Made by a program: the position numbers and the translations under genes. A stretch of DNA of 64,000 nt, taken from the human T2T-CHM13v2.0 reference genome, Homo sapiens. Below are positions 1-13,416 of this stretch, one piece after another. The first letter of the stretch is position 1, and each line of letters starts with the position of its first letter. Under the pieces are notes generated by a model. It saw nothing but the letters and a program-made list of their open reading frames with translations, was not told where the DNA came from and did not search any database. The stretch is from assembly GCF_009914755.1 (NCBI RefSeq), contig NC_060927.1; one strand, written 5' to 3'.

Positions 1-275
<275 letters not shown>

Positions 276-418
276 TTAAAATAAATTCTTTGAAATCTTC
301 CACAAACACTTTTCAAAAATTTTAGTGAGAAACTTGAGCTTGATTCCACTAATTTAACAGGTTTGATGGTTAAGCTAGTTACATGTAATTCCTAAGTATT
401 TTTAAAAACAATCTCTTC

Positions 419-850
419 GGCCGGGCCCAGTGGCTCACGGCTGTAATCCCAGCACTTTGGGAGGCTGAGGCAGGCAGATCCCGAGGTCAGGAGTTCAAGA
501 ACAGCCGGGCCAACATGGCGAAAACCTGCCTCTATTAAAAACACAAAATTTAGCTCAGCGTGGTGGCGGGCACCTGTAATCCCAGCTTCTCAGGAGGCTG
601 AGGCAGGAGAATCACTTGAACCCGGGAGACAGGTTGCAGCGAGCTGAGATCATGTCACTGCACTCCAGCCAGGGTAACAGAGCAAGATTCCGTCTCAAAA
701 AAAAAAAAAAAATAGCTGGACCTGTAGTTCCCTATTTTGGAGACTAAAATGGAAGGATCACTTGAGCCCACAAGTTTAAGCCTACAGTTTAGCTGTGATC
801 ACACCACCGTACTCCAGCCTGGGGGACAGAGTGAGATCCTGTCTCAAAAC
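419..850 (+). mobile_element. Alu (419-711) followed by an old Alu monomer fragment
   Basis: GGCCGGGC start, A-rich linker, poly-A. Confidence 0.9.
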
Positions 851-1434
851 AAAATCAATAAAAGCAGTATGTATAGTTGCTATCAACTATATAGAAATGG
901 TTTTCTCCAGGTGAACTCTGGTACAGAAGCCAAGTCACATGGTACAATACAGGTATGGATATAAGGTCCCATAAAGGAATGACTAGAAACCAAATCCACA
1001 GAATGTTATTTTCAGTGAGAACAAATTACTGTCCCCCCTCACAAGGAAACTTAGTATTGCAGTTATTCCCATCAAAGTATATTTCACATTGGAGCTCAGT
1101 TGTGGTAATGTTTAAACTTGAGTGGATACTCATGTTGAAGATATGTTCATTGCCTTTGCTGTTACCAATCTATCCTGCTGCTCCAACCCTTTAACCACGA
1201 AGATGATTAGATATTGATCTGTCCAGAAGATACCTGTAAACTCATGCCTATTTCTCCAGACGAAGACAATGAGCCAAGTTTTTCTTCTCGAGGTCTTACA
1301 GTCCTTGTTCTCCTGTAATCCTCTATACCCAGCTGAGCACATCTTTTGACTGGGAGCTGCCTTAACAGCCCGTTGGTAAGAAGCCTTCCCAATAACGGGT
1401 AACACAAAACTTTTATATTATGTGTATCCGTTAA

Positions 1435-1606
1435 AATAAAACCTATTTAATACATCAAAGTGGCTCACAATCTTCATCTCCATCATCTTCATGTTGAGTA
1501 GGCTGAGGGGGTGGGGGTGCTGGTCTTGCTGCCTCAGGGGTGGCAGAGGCAGAAAATTCCTGTAAGGAGACCCACACAGTTCAAACCCATGATGTTGGTC
1601 AACTGT
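1435..1606 (+). mobile_element. Tigger-like (TcMar) DNA transposon terminal fragment
   Basis: CTTCATGTTGAGTAGGCTGAGG...CAGTTCAAACCC...GGTCAACTGT. Confidence 0.5.
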
Positions 1607-1807
1607 TATTTTTGGTAAGTTTGGGTATTTATCTTTCTACAACAGTTCAATAGTTACAGGTGTCTTTGGCAAAAAGACTATTATTTCTGTGAACCTAGTA
1701 TCTAGTTAACTACAGCTTGAAATTCCTGCCAGATCCCTTCACACACATTTTATCTTGCTCCTTTATTAACCCTGCCAACTTCACCTTCTAAGGGCTAACA
1801 GTGATTA

Positions 1808-2167
<360 letters not shown>

Positions 2168-2811
2168 TTAACTGGTCTCTTAGTACTAACGTGGGATCCC
2201 ATTTCAATTCATCTCCTCTTGCCAGGCCAGTAAAGCTCTTGAAATAGTTTTAACTTCATCAACTGATTACTCATGGGGAGAAGGGATTATTTTGGGTCTT
2301 GTCTTGCTAGTAAGGGACAGAGTGAGTGGAATAGAACCAATCCAGTATTCTTGTCACTTTTAAGTCTTTACATTATATATTAAAGATTACACATAATAAT
2401 CCTTTACACTATATACAATAATCCTTTACATTACTGTAGTAGCATTCTGGCTTTTTGATGACATTTGGCATAAGCTAGCATTAAGTCCAATCCTACAAGA
2501 GCCAATCAAAATCCACTGAGATGGCATGCTGAAGGAATATTGGAGGCGTGTCCACTGCTAATAAATCCAGCCTAATCCATCCTCAAAATTTCCATATAAT
2601 TTACAGAAATTTTGATAATGCAAACCAAATCTTTTTATTTCTTCTCGGTGAAACTTCTAATTCTCAATTTCTCCTCCTGGGCCTTGCAGAATTGGAATCC
2701 TAGTCAATGGTGTAAGAGGGCTAAGAGCTATTAGTTTTATCTTAAGGCATATATTCCTTATGTAGGGGCAACAATGTAAACATTGCAGACCTTGAGCATT
2801 CTCTAACATGT

Positions 2812-2956
2812 AGTTAGATTTCCATAAGGAAATGTGCAAGCTAGATCCCTCTCAAGCGCACTTCACAATAGGATTCCTGCTATGAAAATCTGCTGTTGCT
2901 GATCTGACAGGCGGCGGAGCTCAGGCAATCCATGGCCAGGAGATCGGAAACCCCTG
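2812..2956 (+). mobile_element. MER1B-like hAT-Charlie DNA transposon fragment
   Basis: CTAGATCCCTC...TTCACAATAGG...GCTGATCTGACAGGCGGCGGAGCTCAGGC. Confidence 0.7.
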
Positions 2957-4551
2957 CTCCCAGGTCTACAAATCTTTTGACACAGCCTTATTTCCACTTG
3001 CTGGGACCCTGTTGATTTCCTGAGAAGTTTCACAAAAGCCTAGTATAAAACTATTTAACTTAGCAATCTTCCAAATGAACTTTACATTTGGTTTTAGTAG
3101 TCTCAGCCCTACAGCTATAAGAAATGGATTGTTTGTATTGGCATATAAAAGCCTCCAAGTCCCTTTGCCTTGAGGCAGTAACTTTAAGACTCAAATTTAT
3201 CCTTTCCCATGGCTTTTGTCTGATTCAGCTGCCCATGGCAGCAGTTACCTAGGGGTTACCTACGGGTAACTGCTGCCTCCCTTTCATGAAACTGGCGACT
3301 AGCATTACAGCACATCAAAAGACTACCACTTTGTCTCACTACTTCTCAGTCTATCTCAACTTGGTAAAATTCCAAATTTTCCTCAGTCTTTTGCCTGTTA
3401 ACACTCTTTGTAGCCATGTCAAATGGCTAAAATTCTTTCAAATCTAAAAGCCAGAAAACAACTCAAACTAGCCTAAAAAAGGAAACTTTCAATCAGCAGG
3501 ATAAAGGATGGCTACACAACTAAAGGGCTAAAACTCAGGCTTTAGGATAGAAACCGAGGGTTATGTTCGAGATTATCAGGAGTGTGAACTCGCAAGCCAT
3601 CAGTTAACTGATGGGGAGAGGTTTGGTTGGGGAGAAAATGGTGGAGAATGTAGTTACTTCAGGAAAGGATGCCTGTATATACTACCACGATAAAACCAGG
3701 TTTCTCAGCCTTTAATGTATCCATCCATAACACAACCCCCTCTGGGACCACACCCTAAAACTCAACTTTATATATAAATACTACAAATTCTTGTTTCAAA
3801 ACTCATTGAGAACAATTTGAAATAACCCATCAGGCATATACTAAGTTGTTTCCACATGCTTATCAGAAACAAACCTAAGGGTAGTTCTCTAAGCATATTA
3901 ATTTACCACAAGTTGGCAAACACTGAAAACACCCTGGACAGTAAGTTTTACAAATTAAGACCTGCCAATACTGCCTATGCTCCATTACTGGTATTTTCCA
4001 TCACCCAGGTACCCAGATTTGAGACATCATGATCAAGAGAACTGTGGACTAAGATCACCTAGGTTCAATTCAGATCGTGGCATTGCCACTTAAACAGCTA
4101 TTTGAACTAAGGTAAGTTACTCTACATCATTTCATTGCTAAAGATTATATGTAAAGTTCTTCCCAAAGTACCTGAAACATACTAATACCTAGATGCGATA
4201 AAGGTTAGCAAGGCAACAAAATAACCCACCTGTAGCAACATCCCTACAATTGGTCATGAAAATTACTTAAATGCAAAATAATAAGAACATGTATTAAAGT
4301 ACCCGCAGTCTAGTTATTTACTGTAACTCCATCCCCAAATGGAGATCACTCTAATACCTAGTTATGCACTCTGAATTTTCCAGGAATACAGAAATTCATC
4401 CCCCCCTCAACCCAGCCCAAAATAGCAAAGATACACCTCAGCCCAAGGAACACACTGCCCTAACGATTAAACTACAGAAGAACTCTAATTATAATAGAAC
4501 AAGAACACTTCTTTGTGAACAGCTGCACCAACATTTTTCTTTTCATTTGCG

Positions 4552-4557
4552 TTTATT
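4552..4557 (-). terminator. TRA2B: Distal polyadenylation signal AATAAA
   Basis: tttatt on +, with GU/U-rich sequence downstream on the minus strand. Confidence 0.65.
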
Positions 4558-5131
4558 TAAACACAGTTCTCAAAACATTTGAGTGAAATTGGGCCTCCTT
4601 TGGTAAGCAAAGGACCTGAAAATAATATTTAAAAAATGAACAGGCAAAGTCTTCAGTTCATCCATGACAGGTATAGTGTTCCCTTATCATGTACTTTGAA
4701 GCACCCGGTTTTTTCATATAGTCTAAAAGCTAGAAGAACAAGAGTGTATTTGTGGTGGAATGTATTGTCACTTGCTGATAACTAGTTGAAATACCATTAT
4801 CCCCTTGTAACACCTTTAAGAAACAGCCTTTTAAGGCATACACTGTGTAACTCTTCGTATTTCCTGCTATACATATTACAGATTACATAAAAGCCGACAA
4901 ATCCACATTGATATAAGCATTAAGCACTGGCTGTATTTTAAGATTTTTAGTTCTAATACTAGCAGTACAGAGTTACAGAGCATAATTTTAAACACTTAGT
5001 TGCAGGTATATAAGTATGGTATGTTTCATGGACTGGAGGAAAACGGGCATTTGTCTTTAAATTTACTACTGACAATCTGAATAGTTCTGCTAAGCATTGA
5101 TATGTTAGAAAGAAAAGTAAAAATCAAACTG

Positions 5132-5137
5132 TTTATT
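5132..5137 (-). terminator. TRA2B: Proximal polyadenylation signal AATAAA
   Basis: tttatt on +, with a U-rich tract downstream on the minus strand (5101-5130). Confidence 0.65.
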
Positions 5138-5504
5138 GTTGCTTTTTGCCATTTGGTAGCATTTTACACAGGCTTCGATCTTCAGAATACCCTGGATTCA
5201 GTAGAAAAACCTTTTAAATGAAGTTTTGTACAATAGAAACTTCTCAGCAGTCAAAATTTAGACTGTAAAAAAATACATGCAAAACATACTTTTCTGAAAA
5301 CACTTAACTTGGAACAAAGCACCAAACTACACAAATGCAGAATGAAAACAGCATTTCAACTCCACCAAAAGTAGTCATCGTAAAAGGTGTAAAAGTCACC
5401 TAACTTCACTAGGCACTGTTCACTTTTTAAACAAGAGACAATAAAAAATATTGCCCACAAACAATATCCCAGCTCTAGGGCAGGTTTCAGAAAGTCTTCA
5501 TGCT

Positions 5505-5515
5505 TTAATAGCGAC
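5505..5515 (-). CDS. TRA2B: TRA2B last exon, coding part (RRY-stop)
   Basis: CAG|GTCGCTATTAA; coding exons sum to 867 nt = 288 aa + TAA. Confidence 0.95.
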
Positions 5516-5804
5516 CTGGGAAGAAAAGAATGAACATGCTTTAATATTAAGTGAACTAATTATCAAGTATACTTTAATGCCGAGAATTTCAGAATATTCT
5601 GCCATTAAGAAATTCCTATGTGCCAGAACCCCACCACCCCCAAATAGAGAAAGACTTCCATGTAAGTATTACACCAGAAATGAGATAGCAATCTTAAATA
5701 ACAGAAATTGCTGGGAAGTATATAACTCAATCTGAGAACTAAAGGGCTAAGTAATCCATGTTTCTGTGCTGTCCAAAAATTTTTAAGGACTCTTGAAAAG
5801 CTAC

Positions 5805-5940
5805 TAAATGGTGGAAATACATTATTTACTGTTTCAATTAGAAACAACAGGAGTCTCTGAGCCTACTCTGGGTAAATGGTGGAAATACATTATTTACTAT
5901 TTCAGTTAGAAACAACAGGAGTCTCCGAGCCTACTCTGGC
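5805..5940. repeat. 68-bp tandem duplication (2 copies)
   Basis: 5805-5872 vs 5873-5940, 4 mismatches. Confidence 0.92.
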
Positions 5941-6154
5941 TCAGGAGGCTGTCCAATTTTTCCTTCTTAAAAAATAATAGGATTCTAAGGGTTGTTTCCA
6001 CAAACTTTCTTGAACCAAAAAATGTTCAGGATGTGTGGAGAATCATTAGGTATGAAACTACCTGAAACCAATCCATTATCTGATAAAGGGAATACACTGT
6101 CATCAGAGCAAGCCATACTACAATATAAACAATCATATTAAGATAAAAACTTAC

Positions 6155-6228
6155 GAGGTGAGTATGATCGAGATCTGGAACGTGATCTGTATCCTCCACG
6201 ACTATAGTAAGGAGAAGGTGACCGCCTT
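6155..6228 (-). CDS. TRA2B: TRA2B coding exon, 74 nt ([24 protein letters not shown]; RS2)
   Basis: TAG|AAG acceptor and C|GTAAGT donor. Confidence 0.96.
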
Positions 6229-6515
6229 CTATAAACAAATGTCAAGATTGTCTAAGTCTCAATAGATCACAATTAGACCAAACATATAAATTTATGACTA
6301 TATATACTGCCCTTTCATCAGTTCCCCAAAAAAGGAAAGCTGCATGAACCTTCAAGGTCTGTTTAAATCTTGAGAATGAAGCACATTATCAGGCCCAAGT
6401 GTCAAATAAGCACTCTTAATAACTTTAAGGTCAAATAATCCTTGCTATATTTTAATCTACTTACTTTTTAAATTTTGTGAACTATGTTAAGAGAGTTTTG
6501 TAAAAGAAAATTCCT

Positions 6516-6783
6516 GGCTGGGTGCGGTGGCTCAACGCCTATAATCCCAGCACTTTGGGAGGCCAAGGCAGGAGGATCACTTGAGGCCAGGAGTTTGACC
6601 AGCCTGACCAACATGGTGAAAACCTGTCTCTACTAAAAAAAAAAAATTAGCTCTGTGCGGTGGTGCATGCTTGTAATCCCAGCTACTCGGGATGCAGAGA
6701 CTGCAGTGAGCTCAAATTGCTCCACTGTACTCCAGCCTAGGCAACAGAGCAACACTCTGTCTCCAAAAATTAAAAATAAAAAT
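6516..6783 (+). mobile_element. Alu (internal deletion in right arm)
   Basis: Alu consensus; TSD GAAAATTCC. Confidence 0.88.
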
Positions 6784-7226
6784 GAGAAAATTCCCATACC
6801 ATTAAATAATCCCAACAGCACCCTCTTGAACACCCAAAACTAATTTCACAAGTGCTTCAGGATTTAGCTTTGTGTTAAAAAGGCTGGCTTGAATGTTCTT
6901 GTGCTATTTGAGATGCTTACTTTTAAAAAGCAAGGAAAATGTAATACAAGAACATAATGACAAAAAAAATGAGTTATCAGTGACTAACATCACTGTACCT
7001 CATCACGGTATAAAATGGTATCACTAAATAATCTATTGCAAAACCAATTAATTTTTATAAATATACAAAGACTTTATACATTTAGTTTCCGTTAGAATAT
7101 TTTCATGAGCTTCAAACAGTCTGATTTTGGGTATTCCACTTATAATTTACCAAAACATTACTAGGCAAACATCTTTATGTGAAGCTTTATACTGTTGTAC
7201 AGATGCTAAGTCCTCTCCTGGCATAC

Positions 7227-7286
7227 CTATAAATCTGATCCCTGTCTTGGGCAGCTCTCCATCCTCCTCCTCCTCCACCTCCTCCT
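7227..7286 (-). CDS. TRA2B: TRA2B coding exon, 60 nt (poly-Gly: [19 protein letters not shown])
   Basis: CAG|AGG acceptor and AG|GTATGC donor. Confidence 0.96.
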   Translation of the reverse strand, partial: RRRWRRRRMESCPRQGSDL

Positions 7287-8149
7287 CTGTGAAGACAGAA
7301 AGGCAACACAACACGCATTCAGTTTGTAAGTTTTAAAAAATTATGTCATTCATTTAGTAAAATAAAAACTTTCATAGAGCATGAATGAGATGTTTCTTGC
7401 AGGTCAAGTGATTTGCCACCCTTTTTAGAAACTGGCATAGGGTTCTCTCTGGTGGCTGAAATAAGTAGTATTAGAACACAGAACATTCCTAAGTAAATGC
7501 TCTTAAAAAAAAAAATCAAACTAAGAAAAAAATCTCAGCCCCAACAAATTTGTACCTTTAGTACCATTCAATAGAGTGATGCTTTAAATAAAAAAAGGGT
7601 TTTCATGGGTGATAAAATGCTGAACAATACACTTACAGACTCACTTTCAGACAATGACTGACAACTGTTAACTTCTTAAACATTGCCAAATAATGCACAA
7701 AATAGACATCCATATACCTCAATACCATTATCAATGACAACTGTGGTCAATACTTACTAACTACATTATTTGACTTGTCAAATTACACATTTTGACAAGG
7801 GAGGACCAAAATGTCACAATTTTACTTCATTTTTATCTTTGGAAGTATTCTCAAAGATATCTTTATTTTTAAACTATGATTGACATTTCCCTACCCAAAC
7901 CCCGAAATACCAAATTTTTGGCAAAAATAAAAAGCCACATACCCTTGTCATACTAAATTAACATCTTTAAAATTATTCTCTGGACTCTTTCAAGGCATCC
8001 ATTTTACCTGCCCTCAGTGTACGATGCATGCATTAAGAGATTACAAGAAACTGCCTGAAAAGTGTTGGCTTTCCAAAATGGCTTATGAAATTTGCTTTTA
8101 TAAGCCATTATAAATTTGCTTTTAAAAGGCTAAGACAGAGGCTATAATT

Positions 8150-8617
8150 TTTTCTTTTAAGGTGGGGTCTTGCTCTGGGGGAGGAGACTCAGGTGGGAGC
8201 GTACTTGGCTCACTGCAGCTTCAACCTCCCCGGCTTCCTGCCTCATTTTTTGTGGAGGTTCCCTATGCTGCTCAGGCTGGTCTCAAATTCCCGGGCTCAA
8301 GCAATTCCCCTGCCTCAGCCTATAATTTTGCTTTCACTATGTATTCATTTATTTATTTTTTTTTTTGAGTCTCTCGCTCTGTTGCCTACAGTGGAGTGCA
8401 GTGGTGCAATCTAAATTCACTGCAACCTCTGCCTGCCGGGTTCAAGCAATTCACCTGCCAGTAGCTGGGACTACAGGCGTGCACCACCACAACCGGCTAA
8501 ATTTTTATTTCTGGTAGAGACGGGGTTCACCATGTTGGCCAGGCTGGATCTCAGGTGATCTGCCTGCCTTGGCCTCCTGAAGTGTTGGGATTACAGGCGT
8601 GAGCTACTGCGCCTGGC
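8150..8617 (-). mobile_element. Old Alu monomer (about 8150-8320) plus Alu (about 8355-8617)
   Basis: Reverse-complement Alu consensus. Confidence 0.85.
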
Positions 8618-8893
8618 CTCATTCAATGTTTAAAAATAAAACACATTTTATTATTAATATTCCAAGTTATCATTTAAATCCCATTTATATTCTAGAATAT
8701 TTGAACAGAAATCCAGTTACACATTAAATTGATTAAGACACAGAACCTTAGAATCTGATTTAACTTTCTACTCTGCATTTCTCGAGTAAAAGTACTAAAG
8801 CAAAGCTTTTAACAAAGGCTAAAACTTAAGCATAGTGCTGCTCTGTACACTGTACTGAGATTCAGACGTTGACCTTTCTACCTCATAACTTAC

Positions 8894-8977
8894 CTGTATG
8901 ATCTGCTATAGTAGTCCCGATCATCATAGCCCCGATCATATCCTCTGTCATAGTAATCCCGACGGCGAGAGCTGCCA
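8894..8977 (-). CDS. TRA2B: TRA2B coding exon, 84 nt ([27 protein letters not shown])
   Basis: TAG|TGG acceptor and AG|GTAAGT donor; frame preserved. Confidence 0.96.
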
Positions 8978-9272
8978 CTATGAAGAAAAAAATATTCAGG
9001 TGACCTCCCTTATCTTTCTGGACATGAGTTTTTATATCTACTAGTAGGCCTTTTCTGACACATTAACTGGAAAATGAAAATTATTCCTGTTAAAATTCTC
9101 ACCTATATTGAGCAAACATTGCCCTTTCCCTTGTTTCAATATATATAAACCTATTTTTAAAAATCTTTGGTTAAGGAGGCACACAGATCCTGCCAGAGGT
9201 CAATCTGCATATCCCACATATTTCTAAGAGGAAACAAAAATAGTATCACTTTGCTCTATTTAAGAAAATTTA

Positions 9273-9619
<347 letters not shown>

Positions 9620-9800
9620 TTAGTTTTACCTGTAATGGTTGAACTTCTACTATGAGAAAAATGCCCTAATGAGGAGCATTTAATCAATCAACAGTCAAGT
9701 TTATGGCACAAACCTAAGTGCTGAAGACTTTCCACTAATACAAGTGTTTCTTTGACAAGTGAAAAACTGCCAATTATATTTATTTTGAAAATAAACTTAC

Positions 9801-9916
9801 TAGGTAGGTCTCCCCATGTAAATTCCTGGTGTTGGCGTATGTGGTCTTTTTGTTATAGAGAAATCAACTCTGATCCTACGCCCATCAAGCTCCATTCCAT
9901 TGGCACGTTCTTTAGC
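9801..9916 (-). CDS. TRA2B: TRA2B coding exon, 116 nt ([38 protein letters not shown])
   Basis: AAG|GCT acceptor and TA|GTAAGT donor; end of RRM plus Tra2 linker. Confidence 0.97.
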
Positions 9917-10169
9917 CTTCAAAAGGTAAATAAATTGTTACATACATCCTGAACAAAGCCACTAATTATCCTGTGGCTATGAGTAAGATCCCACTGGACA
10001 TTTCAGTTAGGTGCATTAAGTTATCTTAATGTTAGCCAGAACGTAAGGTCTACAACTTACAAATGTGTTGTTCCCTCTACTAAATGTTCATTTGTAAAAG
10101 CTACTCATAAAAACTTGAAACAATTATTTTACCTAACTATGATCCTGACAGTATTTCCAGCTCCAAAGC

Positions 10170-10472
10170 AGCACACAATTGGCAAACTATAGCCTGTAGG
10201 TCAAATCTGGCCAGCTGGCTGTTTCTGTATAACCCATAAGCTAAAAATTTAAATAACTAGGGGGAAAAACAGTATTTCATGACAAGTGAAGAAACACACA
10301 AAATCCAAATTCCAATGCCCCAAAATAATCTTTTATTGGAATAGGGCCCCAACTCATTCATCTGGCTGCTGTTGGGTTAAAACAACAGAGTTAAATAGTT
10401 GCGACTGAGATCCTATGACTGAAACCTGAACACATTATTTAACCCTTGGAAGTTTTCTTAGCCCTTCTCTGG
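10170..10472 (+). mobile_element. MER58-like hAT-Charlie element
   Basis: TTGGCAAACTATAGCCTGTAGGTCAAATCTGGCC start; CAGAGTTAAATAGTTGCGAC internal motif. Confidence 0.6.
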
Positions 10473-10787
10473 AAGCCAAAAGCTAAGACTGAAGCACAGC
10501 CTTAAGTACATATAGTTCCTTTTCCCAAAGTATGTATTAACAGCATACATTTAAAAAATAAAAATACCCCGTTTCAAACACATTAAAGTTTGTTCATAAT
10601 TTGAGGAAACATCCTTTCACCTAAATAGAATTTAAGTTTCTAATTCCAATACTATGCTATCTTCTAGTTCAGATGTTCAAGCTAGTGTTTACGCCCAGGC
10701 AGTTTCTGGCACTAGAGATTAAGATAAAATTTATGCTATTTTCCGAGAGCTATGATCCTACTGCAAAAATTTAATTAGGAAATGGGC

Positions 10788-11065
10788 GGCCGCGCATGGT
10801 GGCTCACACCTGTAATCCCCCAGCACTTTGGGAGGCCGAGGGGGGCAGATCACCTGAGGTTGGGAGTTCGAGACCACCCTGACCCAACATGGAGAAACCC
10901 CGTCTCTACTAAAAATACAAAATTAGCTGGGTGTGGTAGCCTGTAATCCCACCTGCTCAGGAGGCTGAGGCAGGAGAATTGCTTGAACCCAGGAGGCGGA
11001 GGTTGCGGTGAGCCGGAGATCGCGCCATTGCACTCCAGCCCAGGCAAGAAGAGTGAAACTCCGTT
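10788..11065 (+). mobile_element. Alu lacking a poly-A tail
   Basis: Consensus stops at GAAACTCCGT. Confidence 0.9.
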
Positions 11066-11585
11066 TGTCATTAAGTGTTTCTCAGTTCTTCCTCTTCTCT
11101 ATACTTGGAGATGACTTTAGCTACCATCCTTAATGTACCTAAAATCTGAATTTCTTAAATGGGGTCTAGCCCCACATTTCAAATCTTGACTCTATATTCT
11201 GCCTCAAAACAAATCAAAATCCAAATATGACATCATTCACTAGCCAAAAAAGGAACAATGTTTTCCTTCTGCATCATAACTTTGCTTTTGGTTATTTTTG
11301 ACTCTAGAATGTGAACCCAGTGTAAACACTGACTACATATCCTGGCGGAATTGGGGTATAGTTGACCCCAATAGGTGGCAACTAATAAAGCAGGTGGTAG
11401 GACCAACTTCCCCAAGTTATACAAAATTTTGTTATTCTGCATGTATCTTGAGTCTCCACAAGAGGTTGGAGAAAAAGTTCGAAGTATTACTGACTTGTCC
11501 TTGTCCTTATCCTAGCAATTGGTCACTGATAACTTGGCGTTAACAATAGAACTGATGGTTTACAAAGGAACGGGCTTTTACTTAC

Positions 11586-11774
11586 TTCCTTGGCATCATC
11601 TACATTTTCAAAATATACAAAGGCAAATCCTCTTGAACGCCTAGACTGCTGGTCATATACAATAGACACATCGGCAATGGGACCATATTTAGAGAACACT
11701 TCTCTTAGATCTCTTTCTGTGGTGTACAAGCTCAGCCCAAATACTCCAAGACAACAGTTAGGATCAGGATTTGC
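11586..11774 (-). CDS. TRA2B: TRA2B coding exon, 189 nt (RRM: LGVFGL RNP2, [11 protein letters not shown]1)
   Basis: TAG|GCA acceptor and AA|GTAAG donor; RNP motifs in translation. Confidence 0.98.
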
Positions 11775-12318
11775 CTAGGGAAAAAAAAAAGTTTTAAACT
11801 TTGGAAAAGTTGTCATAAAATCAAAGTTGTTTAAAAAGGGAGCTGTATACTAGCCAAAATGTCACTAACAAGAAAAGTACATAATGATTAGACCAAACAC
11901 TGCTTAGAAATTACAAAATTACAGCAAGTACTACAAGTATTTTTGGGAATGGGTAGGAAAGAATGCAAAAGAAAAAATTTCAACCTTAGAATTAAGTAGG
12001 TAAACAAGCACTCGTGCTGGCGAAAAGCAACTTGGCATCTTTCCTTCTATGAATTTATTCTAAGAAAAATTCACATATTCATAACATGACATACAAGGAT
12101 AACTGGAACCACACTGTGTCTATCAGCTAGAAAAAATTGTAATGTTGACACACCTTCCATTCAATAGAATGCTCTGAATTGCCAAAAAGATGAGCATGTA
12201 TGGTTCGATTTTTTCAGAAACACAATACACAAGTAAGTACATAAACGAAGCCTGAGGGGATGCGTACCAAACCATTTTACAGGTCATAAACAGCTTGCAA
12301 TCGTAAGAAACAAGAGTT

Positions 12319-12608
12319 GGCCAGGCGCAGTGGCTCATGCTTGTAATCCAAACACTCTGGGAGGCCAAGGCTGGTGGACTGCTTGAAGCTCAGGAGTTTT
12401 GAGACTAGCCTGGGCAACACAGTGAGACCCCATGTCTCTACAAAAATATAACAAATTACTGGGTGTGGTGGCATGCCTCTAGTCCTAGCTACTCAGGAGG
12501 CTGAGGTGGGCGGATCGCTTAAGCCTGCAAGGTAGAAGCTGCAGTAAGCTGAGATTGCACCACTGCACTCCAGACTGGGCGACAGAGTGAGGCCCTGTCT
12601 CAAAAAAA
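12319..12608 (+). mobile_element. Alu (AluJ-like)
   Basis: Diverged full dimer. Confidence 0.9.
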
Positions 12609-13253
12609 GATGACAAGAGGAAAGAATAAAGAGTGAGCCATATGTTGCTAACATTCCAGATGCTGTGATGAATTTACCTAAAGATTCCATTTATTTCATA
12701 AACTAACAATTTACTAGGGAAAAATTCTACTCTACTCTAAAAACATTAAGTCCCCCCCTGCACCCTCCTCCTAAACCACTTGGATTATACAGTGAAATCA
12801 CAATAAATATCATCTCATTTGAAGCCTTTCATGAAATGTAAAAAATGCCTTAACAACACCCAAAAGAAATTAGCTTCAAATTAAATGGGAAAGTCAGGAG
12901 AGCATCTAACTAGGTTTATGCAGCCTGGAAAGAGTTAATGTTAGCATAGAACTATATTTTGAACTAATGTACTAATACTATACTACAGTATAGTAATGCA
13001 GTCGGAAGTTTTTTTTTTTGATGGGCTAAGGAGTTACACCATTGTGTCAGTATTATGCTTAATTGACAGGCAGCCCAAATGCAGACCCCGTCATGGAAGA
13101 TTAACTTAAAAGACTCTCTCAAAACACTAAAAAAGCCTCTGAAGATTTCACTCACGCACCAACTGCTAAAGCTCTATTGTCAAAATCAGCTCTAACTTTA
13201 AGAAAAAGTAAATTTAGGCAGTTGACTGCTTCAAAACCAGTTTTTCATCTTAC

Positions 13254-13416
13254 CCGATTCCCAACATGACGCCTGCGAGTAGACATGGGAGAATGGCTGT
13301 GGCTGTGCCGTCTACGATAATCTCGACTGTAAGACCTGCTACGTGATCGTCTATGGGAGCGGGAGCGAGACCGTGACCGGGTATAATGCCTTCGGGAGCT
13401 TCTTCTGGATCTAGAC
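13254..13416 (-). CDS. TRA2B: TRA2B coding exon, 163 nt (RS1: [12 protein letters not shown]...HVGNR); contains Met101 at 13286-13284
   Basis: CAG|GT acceptor and GG|GTAAGA donor; ORF 13245..13427 shows RS repeats. Confidence 0.97.

Larger units (their letters stand above)
4530..5504 (-). other. TRA2B: TRA2B 3' UTR (U-rich, repeat-free; may extend further toward lower coordinates)
   Basis: Follows the TAA; contains two AATAAA signals; end point approximate. Confidence 0.75.

Noticed and set aside
2395-2430. 14-bp direct repeat AATAATCCTTTACA (a similar case at 50759-50792)
   Set aside because: Ordinary short slippage duplications with no further structure
5805-5940. CRISPR-like repeat array
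   Set aside because: Only two abutting copies with no spacers, in mammalian intronic DNA
7262-7286. (CCT)n microsatellite
   Set aside because: It is the coding poly-glycine tract of TRA2B, interrupted by a GGT codon
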